Virus record (IMG/VR): IMGVR_UViG_3300028886_000036
Span: 192,001 to 256,000 of that record
Length of the DNA: 64,000 bases
Strand: one strand, 5' to 3'
DNA from: a virus
Lineage: Duplodnaviria; Caudoviricetes
Translations under genes and position numbers: made by a program
Notes under the pieces: generated by a model
Told to the model about the DNA's origin: nothing
Database searches by the model: none
What the model saw: only the letters and a program-made list of their open reading frames with translations
In this document: in pieces, positions 1-10,305 of the stretch
How positions within the stretch are numbered: the stretch's first letter is position 1
How the letters are laid out: each line of letters starts with the position of its first letter

Positions 1-337
1 TAATCAACTTATCAACAGTGTCCGCAGTTATAGCATTTGGATCATCTGTGTCAATAGGATTCTCAAACTTATTAATTAAGTCATATCTTTTCTCTAAAGA
101 TCTAGTAGAACTTTCTTCTGCATCTAATTTAGTTTTAAGTAATTGACTAAATGTCTGAGTAATAATACTTAAATCTGCTGTTCTAGGTAATGTATGAGAA
201 CCTCTCAAAGCTGTCATAATCTTATCTTGAAGTTCCTCAATAACTACACTAGCTCTACTACTAATTTCATCATATTTACTTTTTCTTTCAGCTAACTCAC
301 CTAATATCTTCTCAAGTTCTTCAGTTTTATTTACCAT
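1..337 (-). CDS. hypothetical coiled-coil protein (3' end runs off window)
   Basis: ATG at 337 overlapping the end of the upstream ORF; open frame MVNKTEELEKILGELAERK... to the window edge. Confidence 0.6.
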   Translation of the reverse strand, partial: MVNKTEELEKILGELAERKSKYDEISSRASVVIEELQDKIMTALRGSHTLPRTADLSIITQTFSQLLKTKLDAEESSTRSLEKRYDLINKFENPIDTDDPNAITADTVDKLI

Positions 338-827
338 ACATAGGATCCTCCTCCATCTCTAATATAATCTTTAAAGCTTCATTCAATGGATAGATAATCA
401 CTCTTTTACCATCAACATCTTCAGTAACAATTCTCGTTGTGTTGATCATATCATATTCAAAAAAATTTGTCAATACAATAGGATCAGCATATGGCTTAGA
501 AAGTATAACTCCAGAAAATCTTGGATTTTCATGCATCTTGGATCTATACTTTTCTACTGCATCTTCATTTTGCTTTAAAAATTTACTAACTTGCTTATTC
601 AATTTAGGAAACAAAGATTTGATATCCCAATCATATCCAAATTTACATTCTAATACATATGGATAACGTATAGGATCAGTAAAAAAAATATCTCCAAACT
701 CAAATTCACCATTACCAGAGTTTGGAGATCTTGTACATTCATTCTCTCTTAAATTCAGGGTTGTTTTTATATGTTCAGCTATTCTATCTTCAAAATATTT
801 TCCTTTAGTTTTATTCTTATTAGCCAT
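327..827 (-). CDS. Holliday junction resolvase-like PD-(D/E)xK nuclease
   Basis: N-terminal K.KG..FE, GDIF and LECK motifs typical of phage Hjc-like resolvases. Confidence 0.75.
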   Translation of the reverse strand: MANKNKTKGKYFEDRIAEHIKTTLNLRENECTRSPNSGNGEFEFGDIFFTDPIRYPYVLECKFGYDWDIKSLFPKLNKQVSKFLKQNEDAVEKYRSKMHENPRFSGVILSKPYADPIVLTNFFEYDMINTTRIVTEDVDGKRVIIYPLNEALKIILEMEEDPMYGK

Positions 828-1534
828 TAATCAACATAGATCAGAGCATTAGGAGGAAGCAGCTCTAACCTCTGAATTACCTTATCTTTAAGATCATTAC
901 CTAACTGGGCTATATCTCCATTAACTGGTATTTCTCCGAATGGAGTAGTTAAGGTAGTGTACTTAACCCTGATATTTCCAATAATAGTCATTATATCAGC
1001 TAAACATAAATACAAAAACTCTGATTCATATTGATATGGAATATAGTATAAAGACTCTGGCTGTGCTCTATAATATTGTATCTTGAGCTTATCTGGTCTC
1101 ATCCCCATATTAATTCTTAATCTATTAGGGGGGAAGAATCTCCAGGACATTCCTGCTTTTGAAAAGTGTTCTATAGTTTTACTTCTATCAACTGCTTGAA
1201 CATCTGTAGGAAGTTGTTCATATCCAGTAATTGGTGCCTGATATGGCCATCCATTTATAAGCATATTAGTAAAGGGCATTGGTATATCTACAATATCCAT
1301 TATCTGAGCACCTTCCGGCTCGTGCAGTAAAAACATATTTTCATCAGCAGTTTTATTTTCTTCATCCTGACAATCTAAAACCATCTCTTGATAGTCAGGC
1401 ACATACTTACTAAATTCCATTATAGAGAAGTTACGTATATACTCCCACATGTCATCATCTGTCTTTTCAATAGTAACATTTGGATAACCTAATCTTTGTT
1501 TAATAAAGAATATTACTTTTTGTTTAGATAACAC
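827..1534 (-). CDS. putative neck/head-completion protein (T4 gp13-like)
   Basis: IKQRLGYP.V.IE N-terminus; GNIRVKY...P.GEIPVNG...LELLPP C-terminus. Confidence 0.6.
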   Translation of the reverse strand: MLSKQKVIFFIKQRLGYPNVTIEKTDDDMWEYIRNFSIMEFSKYVPDYQEMVLDCQDEENKTADENMFLLHEPEGAQIMDIVDIPMPFTNMLINGWPYQAPITGYEQLPTDVQAVDRSKTIEHFSKAGMSWRFFPPNRLRINMGMRPDKLKIQYYRAQPESLYYIPYQYESEFLYLCLADIMTIIGNIRVKYTTLTTPFGEIPVNGDIAQLGNDLKDKVIQRLELLPPNALIYVD

Positions 1535-1546
1535 TTATAATATCAC

Positions 1547-2623
1547 CTACCAAGGACTTACTTTTTCTTGAACAACTTTTATAGTGTCAACAGTCTGTTC
1601 AAAAGTAAGTTTGTTAGAATCAACTCTTTCTAGTTCTTTAAGAGTTGGTATAGATAAATTATTCATTAGCTCCTCAAAAGACATTAGTCTATAATTCCTA
1701 TAAAGTATATCTTTTTTAGCATCAATAGTTTTAGCCCAAGATCCTGTAGTAGCTGGATCATCTTTATGCTTATTAGCAAATTCAATAACATGTTCTATTG
1801 ATTTAATTGGTTCCTTCTTTTGCATGCTATCTACAAAAGCAGCTGCTTTAATAGGGCCCAATCCACCTACTCCAGAAATATCATCACCAATATCTCCCAT
1901 TATAGATTTCATATAGATATAGTCCTCTACTGGAAGATCTTTAAAATTATCTAAATACTTCTGTTCATCAAAAATCCCTTTTAGCCAAGTCTTATAATTA
2001 AGATATTGTTTAGTACCATTAGACTTTCTCATGAACAATACAGTATTATGATATTTTAAAGTCTGGATCATATCCCTATCCGAACTATAGATAATGTTTA
2101 AATTAGATTCGTCCTGATATCTATTCTTAATAAAGTACTCTGGTACAAAGTCGGATTCACAGAATGAAAGATATGATCCATAGGTATGGTAAAACTTTCT
2201 AGATGCTTTCATTATAGTTTCAATATTTTTAAGGACTACTTTGTGAAGGTCATCATTATCACAAATATCACTAGTAGTCCTTTTCTTGGTAATAGATCTT
2301 TTAGATTTATACTCTTTATAAATACTTTTATGATATTGATATTCTCCAACATCAGCGAAGGTATAAATATTGAAATCTATACCTCTATACATAGCATATC
2401 TATAATGATAACTAATCCAATCTAGCCAAGATATAAAAACCATACTATTTGGTTTATCAGTATGCTCTGTAACACCCATCATATTTTCAGCGAAGTTCTT
2501 TACATAGAGTAACCCAAGGCTATTCTTTAAATCCAAAAATATATTAAGAGTTTTAGCCTTACCATAATTATTAAGTAAAGTATCTAACTCATTATATTTG
2601 GGGTAACAACTTATGATAGGCAT
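1547..2623 (-). CDS. 5'-3' exonuclease / T4 RNase H-like flap nuclease
   Basis: YK..R, ESD, SSDRDMIQ, MGD.GDDISGVGGLGP (H3TH) motifs. Confidence 0.85.
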   Translation of the reverse strand: MPIISCYPKYNELDTLLNNYGKAKTLNIFLDLKNSLGLLYVKNFAENMMGVTEHTDKPNSMVFISWLDWISYHYRYAMYRGIDFNIYTFADVGEYQYHKSIYKEYKSKRSITKKRTTSDICDNDDLHKVVLKNIETIMKASRKFYHTYGSYLSFCESDFVPEYFIKNRYQDESNLNIIYSSDRDMIQTLKYHNTVLFMRKSNGTKQYLNYKTWLKGIFDEQKYLDNFKDLPVEDYIYMKSIMGDIGDDISGVGGLGPIKAAAFVDSMQKKEPIKSIEHVIEFANKHKDDPATTGSWAKTIDAKKDILYRNYRLMSFEELMNNLSIPTLKELERVDSNKLTFEQTVDTIKVVQEKVSPW

Positions 2624-3380
2624 CGGCGGAATCCTCCAGTTTTATTATGCTTTGATATAAACACACATACTTTGGATAATCTTTAAACGTAATATTATGA
2701 TGCATATGCCCAAAAAACCAAACCTTAAAATCTAATTTTTCAGATACAATATCTAGAGTCCTAGCAGTAGGACAATCTACACACCTAACTGTACCATCAT
2801 CTATCTTCCATTCTGGAATCTTATAGTTACAAGACATTTCCCATTTAAGTATTGGCTTAATAAGCTTATTAGGCGGAGTATGTGTAAGCACATAATCAAC
2901 TTTGTTATTAACTCTTTCTAATTCAAGCATTAATTTAAACCATTCTCTATTATTAGGATTCTCATCTGACCACCAATTAACTCCCTCAGTCCGGTTACCT
3001 CTGTCAATTGATGTAGCTCCACCCATACACATAAATGTTTTATTCTCTATTGTATAAACGTTTCCACGCTTCAGATAAAATACATTATGTGTAATTTCGC
3101 CTACTTTGTTACCATACCTGTATATTTCAGGCAAGTCTTTAAGTCTATCAATATTATCATGATTACCATCAATAAACAATACTTCACAAGGAAGATCTGA
3201 TAGATAATTTAAAATTGGTTTCTCTATATTATCTATAAGCTCTTTCATAGCTGGAGTGTTATTAAAGAACACAGCCCCAAAATCGCCAAGCACAATTATC
3301 TTATCCTGGCTAGTTAGATTAAATCTTATTGACTCAAATTTATCCATACTACCATGGCAATCACCAGTTATATAAATCAC
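2592..3380 (-). CDS. calcineurin-like metallophosphoesterase
   Basis: GDCHG, LGDFG, DGNHD, THTPP, GHMH motifs. Confidence 0.9.
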   Translation of the reverse strand: MIYITGDCHGSMDKFESIRFNLTSQDKIIVLGDFGAVFFNNTPAMKELIDNIEKPILNYLSDLPCEVLFIDGNHDNIDRLKDLPEIYRYGNKVGEITHNVFYLKRGNVYTIENKTFMCMGGATSIDRGNRTEGVNWWSDENPNNREWFKLMLELERVNNKVDYVLTHTPPNKLIKPILKWEMSCNYKIPEWKIDDGTVRCVDCPTARTLDIVSEKLDFKVWFFGHMHHNITFKDYPKYVCLYQSIIKLEDSADAYHKLLPQI

Positions 3381-4093
3381 ATTTTTGCACCTCTCATTTG
3401 CCTGTAATTAACATAGCAACCTTCTAGATTTGTCTCTATTGAAATGATAGATACAATACTAGATTTTTTATAAATATCAATATGCACTTCATCACCAATA
3501 GCATTTTTAAAACATTCATCATTAATAGTAGTTTCAAAGCTTGAAATACTACAATCAATCCCAGATAAAAGATTCATAGTAGAAGTTTTTGCCTTACTAA
3601 CAATAACAAATTTAGCCTTATTTTCATCGGCTTTAACTCCAACATTATCAGCACCGAGTATCCTAACAGATTCATTTAGCTTTTTTATAATCATTTTATC
3701 AAAATCAACAGTGATCAATTTAGGATACTTATCAATGTCTTGCCTTAATGAATTATTATACTTGGTAGTCAGTGCACTGAAATCTGGGATTACCATTTCA
3801 ATGTCACTAATTCCATCAGTAATAACATACTTTTTATTATCTTCAATAATATCAACATAATCAGATGTTGTATTTTTCATCATCTTAAGTATTGGGAACT
3901 TCGAATCAAGATTAGTAATTCCAAAGTTAATTGGTTCTTTAATAAGATTGCTCATATCAACATAGATGTTATAAGATGTATCAGCACCTATTTGACTAAT
4001 TTTAGAATTAACTATTTGTAAATCAGGAGTAATACTACTAAGCTTACTAAGCACATTACAAAACTTATCAAAACTATCTTTATTGAATCTCAC
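3377..4093 (-). CDS. putative sliding clamp (gp45/PCNA-like)
   Basis: 238 aa, two-domain alpha/beta pattern, in an operon with primase and clamp loader. Confidence 0.55.
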   Translation of the reverse strand: MRFNKDSFDKFCNVLSKLSSITPDLQIVNSKISQIGADTSYNIYVDMSNLIKEPINFGITNLDSKFPILKMMKNTTSDYVDIIEDNKKYVITDGISDIEMVIPDFSALTTKYNNSLRQDIDKYPKLITVDFDKMIIKKLNESVRILGADNVGVKADENKAKFVIVSKAKTSTMNLLSGIDCSISSFETTINDECFKNAIGDEVHIDIYKKSSIVSIISIETNLEGCYVNYRQMRGAKM

Positions 4094-5019
4094 ACTGATA
4101 CACTCCTTCCATATGTTACCTCAGGTTCAACCTTATTTTCACCAAAATCTTTACCAAGTTTGTTTCTATAAATACTAACACTGTTCCATAACTTTCTACT
4201 AATACACTTTAAGTAATCCATATCTTTTTTATCGTTATCTGCAAGTATAACAATCCTTGGATTAAAAGCTAATGCAACAGAAGAGCCAATCTCAAAAGCT
4301 TTACCAATATGTGCATTAAGTGCAGCTACATATACAGAATCTTTTGGAAAGATATCAAGATTATAATAGGTATTCAACACATCAAAAATACCTTCACCAA
4401 TTACAATAGTTTTATGCTTGATGTATTCTGAATAAGATCTTTTGTTATTAATTACATACACATCAGAGCCTTCTGACAATTGAATTGTATCATACCTACC
4501 AAAATAATCAAGGTCATCTTCTCCATAGATTCTACACACAATCTTCTTTTTGTTATAGGTTAAAAAGTTAACAGAATCTTTTGGCAATCTTCTTGTCGGC
4601 TTGTACTTATCAGATCCAGAATAAATGTTTTTCATTTCAATACTGGATATAATATTAATCTCATCTGGGTCAATGTTAATATTACCGAGTCTATGGTTTA
4701 AATATGCTTCTGCAGCATCTGTGATAGTGTATTGTACAAAACTTGAATAACCACCACTAATTGAAGTTGAAGATCCCTTATAACTAGATTTAGGTAAAAT
4801 TACATTATCAATATGAAACAGATTAAGTAACTTACTATAATGCCCATATTCACCACATCTAGCACACCTATAAACCGGCTTATCTTTGGATACATAAAGA
4901 TGCCCTTTAGTTTTATTATCTGAGTCTCCACAAAATGGGCATCTAAACAGATAATGAGAACTATTTTGAGTAATATAAACTAGATGCTTTCTAATCTCAT
5001 TAAAGAAATCTTCGAACAT
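4090..5019 (-). CDS. DNA primase (T4 gp61-like)
   Basis: Zn finger CPFCGDS...CARC; TOPRIM EGIFD and DND motifs. Confidence 0.85.
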   Translation of the reverse strand: MFEDFFNEIRKHLVYITQNSSHYLFRCPFCGDSDNKTKGHLYVSKDKPVYRCARCGEYGHYSKLLNLFHIDNVILPKSSYKGSSTSISGGYSSFVQYTITDAAEAYLNHRLGNINIDPDEINIISSIEMKNIYSGSDKYKPTRRLPKDSVNFLTYNKKKIVCRIYGEDDLDYFGRYDTIQLSEGSDVYVINNKRSYSEYIKHKTIVIGEGIFDVLNTYYNLDIFPKDSVYVAALNAHIGKAFEIGSSVALAFNPRIVILADNDKKDMDYLKCISRKLWNSVSIYRNKLGKDFGENKVEPEVTYGRSVSV

Positions 5020-5021
5020 AA

Positions 5022-5972
5022 TTATCCCTCAATTCTTCTATAAACTACCATCATATCTCCTAGCATAGAAATAAAATGCAACCTCTTGTCAATAGCATTA
5101 TTGAATCCATTAACATAATGATTCATAATTGGAAGCATTACAATAGGAATATTCCTTTCAGTATAAATCTTTTTTACTAGTTCACCGTAGTTGACACTGT
5201 TATTACCAAGACTGTTTCTAATTTGGAATATAATCTTTGACGCATTACCAAAATCCATATTAATTACAAAATCAAGATATCTATCAAATAGATCAATGAC
5301 AATCTTATTAAGATCTGTTGAAACAGAATAAACCAACTCATTATTATCATTAACACTGTTTTGAATAGTATTAATAATAGATCTCATATCAGGATAGCAA
5401 TCATTAACAATGTTAAACACATCACTATCTACATATGATACTCTTTCCATATCAAGAACATACTTAGCTCTATCAATAAGTTTCTCTTTAGGCAAATCAG
5501 TAAATTTATACAAATCGCATCTACTTTTAATAAAGTCTGGAATGCCATTTTCAAAATTTGCTGTAAAGATAAATCTAGAGCTTAAGTTAACATTTATCTC
5601 TGGATTCTCAATAGGGTTTCTCAAAGTCTTCCAAGCATCTGGAGTTAGATTATCTGCCTCATCCATTATTACCAATTTAATGGGACTATCAATAGGAGGA
5701 TTCTTAATAAACTCTAATACCACGTCCCTGATAGTATCAATGCCTCTATCACCAGAAGCATTCATAAATAAAACATCTGCATCATTCTTAATAAGCATAT
5801 TCTTAATAACTAGTGCTGTTGAAGTTTTGCCTGTGCCAGGATTTCCAACAAATATACTATGATTAATGTTTTTATCAGATACTTGCTTCTTAATCTTATT
5901 AACAATGCTATCTTCTACCATTACATCCGTAAGTCTACTAGGTCTATATTTTTCTACCCACAATTCACTCAT
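5022..5972 (-). CDS. clamp loader AAA+ subunit (gp44/RFC small-like)
   Basis: LWVEKYRP, GNPGTGKT, NAS..RGID, DEAD, SRC motifs. Confidence 0.95.
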   Translation of the reverse strand: MSELWVEKYRPSRLTDVMVEDSIVNKIKKQVSDKNINHSIFVGNPGTGKTSTALVIKNMLIKNDADVLFMNASGDRGIDTIRDVVLEFIKNPPIDSPIKLVIMDEADNLTPDAWKTLRNPIENPEINVNLSSRFIFTANFENGIPDFIKSRCDLYKFTDLPKEKLIDRAKYVLDMERVSYVDSDVFNIVNDCYPDMRSIINTIQNSVNDNNELVYSVSTDLNKIVIDLFDRYLDFVINMDFGNASKIIFQIRNSLGNNSVNYGELVKKIYTERNIPIVMLPIMNHYVNGFNNAIDKRLHFISMLGDMMVVYRRIEG

Positions 5973-6073
5973 ACAACAAAACTCCCTTCTATATAATTAG
6001 AAATATGGAACACTTATAGAATATACTTATATTTATCGAGATAAAAACCTCCCTGTTACGGGAGGTTATTTTA

Positions 6074-7105
6074 TCATAAACTAGATAATTTGTCTATTGA
6101 TTGCTGTAAAAAGCTATCGTCAGTTATTGTCCAATCATACACACCTATATCATCATTATAAGACTTCTGTCCAAGGAAATCGTCAGTAGTATCGCACATA
6201 AGTTCATACATATTATCAGTATCTATAATAGCTTTCATTTGATCATATTTTTGTTTAAGATACTCATCAAGCTTATCTAACACTTCATCATAAAATGTTA
6301 TTGGATGCGATGCTTTAAATCTACTAAAGTCATTTCTTCTAATATCTATTCCGTGTAAGAAGCATACAAATCTAACTGCTTGAAACAATCTTTCTTGAGC
6401 TAAATATATTGGGTAATCATTCTTTACTTTGATATGAAACCCAATTCCATATGGACTATTATATAAATGCATCAAATTAAACCTGTTAGGATAATAGGTC
6501 TTAACTGGATCTGTGAGATGATAATAACAAACACAATCTGAATCCATATATCTTTCCCACATTTGATCAGGTTGAGTTGTCCTATTTATAAGATCTCTAA
6601 CTTCATTAGTTAACCCAGCATAATCATAACCATATTCATATGCAGATAATATCCATTCACCTAAGAAGTAATTATATGCGCCACTAAATGTATCCCCAGC
6701 TTTAAATCTCTTTCTAAACTCAACACTAAAATTTGGAACATACCTATCATCGTAGAATGTAGCGACAGGTTCTTCATCAAACTTATAAATACCATCTGCA
6801 CCAATAATTTGACCAAATACTTCAATAGATTCTGTAACTATTTCTCCACATGACCTATCAGTAACAGTTAATGTAACCTTAAGAACACCCACTGTAAAAA
6901 ATGCTATAGCTAATATATTTTTTCTAGCATAGGCAGTATATTCTATCGGCTCAGATAATAGATTGTTATCTATTTCCCAAGTATACTCAATATCATTCTC
7001 ATCTATTTCTCTATCAGGATCTGTTATAGTGGCTTTTACCGGTACATAAAATGGTACCTCTTTAGCCATTATAACATCCGTAGGATACCATAAATCTACT
7101 TGCAT
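6074..7105 (-). CDS. hypothetical protein, N-terminal PKD/Ig-like segment, possibly virion
   Basis: YTWE...G..KVTLTVTD pattern resembles PKD domains. Confidence 0.45.
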   Translation of the reverse strand: MQVDLWYPTDVIMAKEVPFYVPVKATITDPDREIDENDIEYTWEIDNNLLSEPIEYTAYARKNILAIAFFTVGVLKVTLTVTDRSCGEIVTESIEVFGQIIGADGIYKFDEEPVATFYDDRYVPNFSVEFRKRFKAGDTFSGAYNYFLGEWILSAYEYGYDYAGLTNEVRDLINRTTQPDQMWERYMDSDCVCYYHLTDPVKTYYPNRFNLMHLYNSPYGIGFHIKVKNDYPIYLAQERLFQAVRFVCFLHGIDIRRNDFSRFKASHPITFYDEVLDKLDEYLKQKYDQMKAIIDTDNMYELMCDTTDDFLGQKSYNDDIGVYDWTITDDSFLQQSIDKLSSL

Positions 7106-7572
7106 GAGTGAATTATCCCAGCTAAAGCTAAACCTCCGGCAAGTATTTTGTAGGTAGTTCCATTTCTTTTAAGTCTAGTGTTCTCTTTCTTATAGAAATT
7201 AATCTGATCCTCATAATTCTTTATAAGGTTAGTTGTTTCAAGTTTATAACTTTCATGTAATTCAAATAAATCTGTATAACTTTTCTTTAAAGCATCATGC
7301 TCAACACTTAATTTATCATATGCATCTCTATACGCATCTCTTTCAATAGTTAACTGCTTAACCTGTGCTTTAAGTTTATTAGCACCATTAGCAATAGCGG
7401 TCATTTTCTTTTCAGTAACATACCACCCACTATCAAAGTTATACGACTTATTCTGTGAAATAACTTGAGCACTAGTTACTTGTAAAACTTCAATACCTGC
7501 ATTACTTGCCTGTGGAGATGTCAGACAAATCATCAAGCACACTAACGATGTCACTAGATGTTTTAACTTCAT
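7096..7572 (-). CDS. exported coiled-coil protein with C-terminal hydrophobic tail (lysis/spanin-like?)
   Basis: signal-peptide-like N-terminus, long coiled coil, ILAGGLALAGII tail; overlaps the upstream membrane gene by 71 nt. Confidence 0.4.
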   Translation of the reverse strand: MKLKHLVTSLVCLMICLTSPQASNAGIEVLQVTSAQVISQNKSYNFDSGWYVTEKKMTAIANGANKLKAQVKQLTIERDAYRDAYDKLSVEHDALKKSYTDLFELHESYKLETTNLIKNYEDQINFYKKENTRLKRNGTTYKILAGGLALAGIIHSCK

Positions 7573-7936
7573 GAACTACAACCTCCTTTGCTTTAGCTAA
7601 TTCTTTCTCTAAATTAGTTTTAATACCATCAACTCTACTGAGTATATCTAAATATTCAAAATGATTATTAATGACCTTTTCTTCAATCTCAGACATTTTA
7701 GTTTTTATCTGAAGATTCTCTGTTTTTAATACTTCAAGTTCAACTGTTCTAGCATTTAAATTGTAACACATATATCCTAACCCAATAATAGCAGCTATAC
7801 AAACAGCTAAAAGTATCTTAACAGTTTTACTACTAGTCTTTACTTCTGTAATAGTATGTGTAGCAACTTCTTTTCCTTTTTCTGTTAAGGATGATAACAA
7901 AGTATTATCTTTTAAGCTCATTTTAATCAGCTCCAA
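7502..7936 (-). CDS. single-TM coiled-coil protein (Rz/i-spanin-like?)
   Basis: ILLAVCIAAIIGLGYMCY TM helix followed by a coiled coil. Confidence 0.4.
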   Translation of the reverse strand: MELIKMSLKDNTLLSSLTEKGKEVATHTITEVKTSSKTVKILLAVCIAAIIGLGYMCYNLNARTVELEVLKTENLQIKTKMSEIEEKVINNHFEYLDILSRVDGIKTNLEKELAKAKEVVVHEVKTSSDIVSVLDDLSDISTGK

Positions 7937-8583
7937 TCTGAAGTATCTACTTGTTTAATATCTAAACTAACATTCTTATTTAATTGAAATTGATTACCTC
8001 TCACTTTCCATTCATCTTTAGATCTAGCAGTACTAAATGTAATACCAGCTTTTCGCTTAATATCATCACTGATGTGCTCTGGTATATAAAAGTAATGATC
8101 TAAATCCTTCCAATCTCCTTCACATACTTCAATAGGTATATCAAGTATTTGGCTATGATAGTTTTCATGAGAAGATATGCACAACGGAACAAAGCCAACT
8201 AAATTCATAAAATGCAATTTCATTACGTTTTTAGATAGGTCAAAAACGGTATATACTTCATCTCTCATATTGTACATAGCTATTTCAACTAAATTATAAA
8301 GAGTATATGGATGATGATGAATCTCTAAAGAACACATAGTTGGAAGATTTCCAGTATGATAACACATTAAATCAGATCCCAAAGTACCTTTAACAAAGGT
8401 TAACCATCTCTTATACTCATTAGAAGATCTGACATATTTTTCTACATTTCTAATAAATTTAGTTAGACTTCTTTCATCTTCCTCTATTTCATCAAGATCC
8501 ATCAAACAAAAATACTCTGTGCCATAAGTTGCGCTTTCTAATTTGACATCTCTGTCTTCTTTATTTCCAAATGTAGTAGTCAT
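7927..8583 (-). CDS. HNH-like phage protein
   Basis: C..TG...LEIHHHP and VPLC.SSHENYH resemble a His-Me finger. Confidence 0.45.
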   Translation of the reverse strand: MTTTFGNKEDRDVKLESATYGTEYFCLMDLDEIEEDERSLTKFIRNVEKYVRSSNEYKRWLTFVKGTLGSDLMCYHTGNLPTMCSLEIHHHPYTLYNLVEIAMYNMRDEVYTVFDLSKNVMKLHFMNLVGFVPLCISSHENYHSQILDIPIEVCEGDWKDLDHYFYIPEHISDDIKRKAGITFSTARSKDEWKVRGNQFQLNKNVSLDIKQVDTSDWS

Positions 8584-8644
8584 AATAAGTTAGTATTATG
8601 AGAGGATAGCTTTAATATCTACCCTCTCATTTATATCTATTTAA

Positions 8645-9418
8645 CTAATTGCCAGTATCATCATCGTCTGGGTCTTCATAAGACATACCAGGAACTGTAG
8701 AAGCAAAAGGATTGCCCATTGTGATCGGGGGAGTAAATCCAGCGGGAGGATCGTTGTCATCATTGTTTTGTTGACCCTCTTCCTGTTGTTCTCCACCTTG
8801 CTGGCCATCGCCTTGCTGACCATCACCATGTTGTTCTCCGCCTTGCTGGTCATTGCCTTGTTGTTCTCCACCCTGTTGCTCTCCACCTTGCTCATTACCG
8901 CCTTGTTGCTCTCCACCTTGATTATCATTATTACCAGTGTTCTGTCCAGCCTCATCATTTCTCTTTTTAATTACATCAGTAATAAGTTTAAGGTATCTAT
9001 CCTGTTTTTCAATATAGTTTTCAGTATCTTTCTTAAAGGAAGTTCCATCTCCTTCAGAAAGCATTTCTAAAAGATCTTTATGCTGTTCAATATCAGTAAT
9101 AACAGTATAGTAAATACTAGTTAACTGCGATAATGAATATGCATCAAGCTTCTTCATCATTTCTTCTTTAAGAGTAGATCTTAATTCTTGCTCGGTATAG
9201 ATTGTATTAAGAATTCTATCAATGTTCTTTCTAGCACCTTCTGTATACCCGAAGAAGATAGGGCTCTTTGTAACATCAATATAATCCGCAAATTCAGCAT
9301 ACTCTTCTTCTGGCTCAGATAACGTCTCAATACAATCAAGTGCTTCTGTAAGCTCTTTAACAAAAAACTCAAGTTCAATATCGCTATAAACACTCATATC
9401 AGCAGAAAGTGTTCTCAT
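8645..9418 (-). CDS. hypothetical protein with (QQGGE)n low-complexity C-terminus
   Basis: ORF track; RBS upstream. Confidence 0.7.
   Translation of the reverse strand: MRTLSADMSVYSDIELEFFVKELTEALDCIETLSEPEEEYAEFADYIDVTKSPIFFGYTEGARKNIDRILNTIYTEQELRSTLKEEMMKKLDAYSLSQLTSIYYTVITDIEQHKDLLEMLSEGDGTSFKKDTENYIEKQDRYLKLITDVIKKRNDEAGQNTGNNDNQGGEQQGGNEQGGEQQGGEQQGNDQQGGEQHGDGQQGDGQQGGEQQEEGQQNNDDNDPPAGFTPPITMGNPFASTVPGMSYEDPDDDDTGN
8780..8925 (-). repeat. degenerate 15-nt tandem repeats encoding QQGGE/QQGDG units
   Basis: repeated ttgttctccacc-type units. Confidence 0.8.
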
Positions 9419-9441
9419 TATTATATCAGACTCCTTTCATA

Positions 9442-10305
9442 TTAGATTTCATACATAAATTTTACTCCAGAAGTTCTATATAGATCTAAGCTACTTTGAA
9501 TACCAACTAGTTCTTTATCTGCATCTTTAAATATTCCGCTAAATTTACCCCACAAACAAATATCATTAATGATATACATCATTTCATCAATTTCAATTGA
9601 ACTAAAATTATACTTATCATGAAGAACTTTCTTCATGGCCGTGAAGATATTATACTTACTATCCTTATGCTTAAAAATTATATAAAACATATCATAAGAT
9701 ATATCATTAAACTTTTTTACATAGCTAAGCATCTTACTAAAATTAATTACATAGTTTCTATCAAACAACGCTTTTGTAAATTCAGGATCATTAATATAAA
9801 GATCAATATCATTATATTCAACTAAAGACCACATTGGATCGAATAAAAGATCAAACATAGAACCGCTGTAATAGTTATTATAACTATCAAGAATAAGTTT
9901 TGTATCAATATTTGTGTTCTTATATTTTTCTTGAACAAACTTCTTCTCTAATTTGTTCAGCTTCTTATCCTCAACTTTAAGATTATTTGAAAGTTTAAAT
10001 AGTTTGTTATATTTACCAAGTTGTAGTTTATCAGTGTCAACAGCATAGTTTAGGATATCATTCCAGTTATATTGATCTTTTAAGGTACTAATTACATGTT
10101 GCTCATAATTAGTACCTTTAAAACCACTTTTCTCTATTGAATGTAATCTTTCTTGCTGATATAACTTATCATAGTTTAATTTATGATCACTATAAAGATA
10201 CTTAATAGCATCAATTAGTTCTGTGTCAAAAAAATCTACTATTTCTTGAATAGGCATCTTCTTAAACGAAGACAATCTAACAAATTGGTTTAATACGTCA
10301 AGCAT
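9442..10305 (-). CDS. hypothetical protein
   Basis: 287 aa ORF coupled to the upstream gene. Confidence 0.7.
   Translation of the reverse strand: MLDVLNQFVRLSSFKKMPIQEIVDFFDTELIDAIKYLYSDHKLNYDKLYQQERLHSIEKSGFKGTNYEQHVISTLKDQYNWNDILNYAVDTDKLQLGKYNKLFKLSNNLKVEDKKLNKLEKKFVQEKYKNTNIDTKLILDSYNNYYSGSMFDLLFDPMWSLVEYNDIDLYINDPEFTKALFDRNYVINFSKMLSYVKKFNDISYDMFYIIFKHKDSKYNIFTAMKKVLHDKYNFSSIEIDEMMYIINDICLWGKFSGIFKDADKELVGIQSSLDLYRTSGVKFMYEI

Noticed and set aside
8641-9070. Alternative-frame ORFs 8641-8958 and 8768-9070
   Set aside because: Stop-free frames created by the 15-nt QQGGE repeat.
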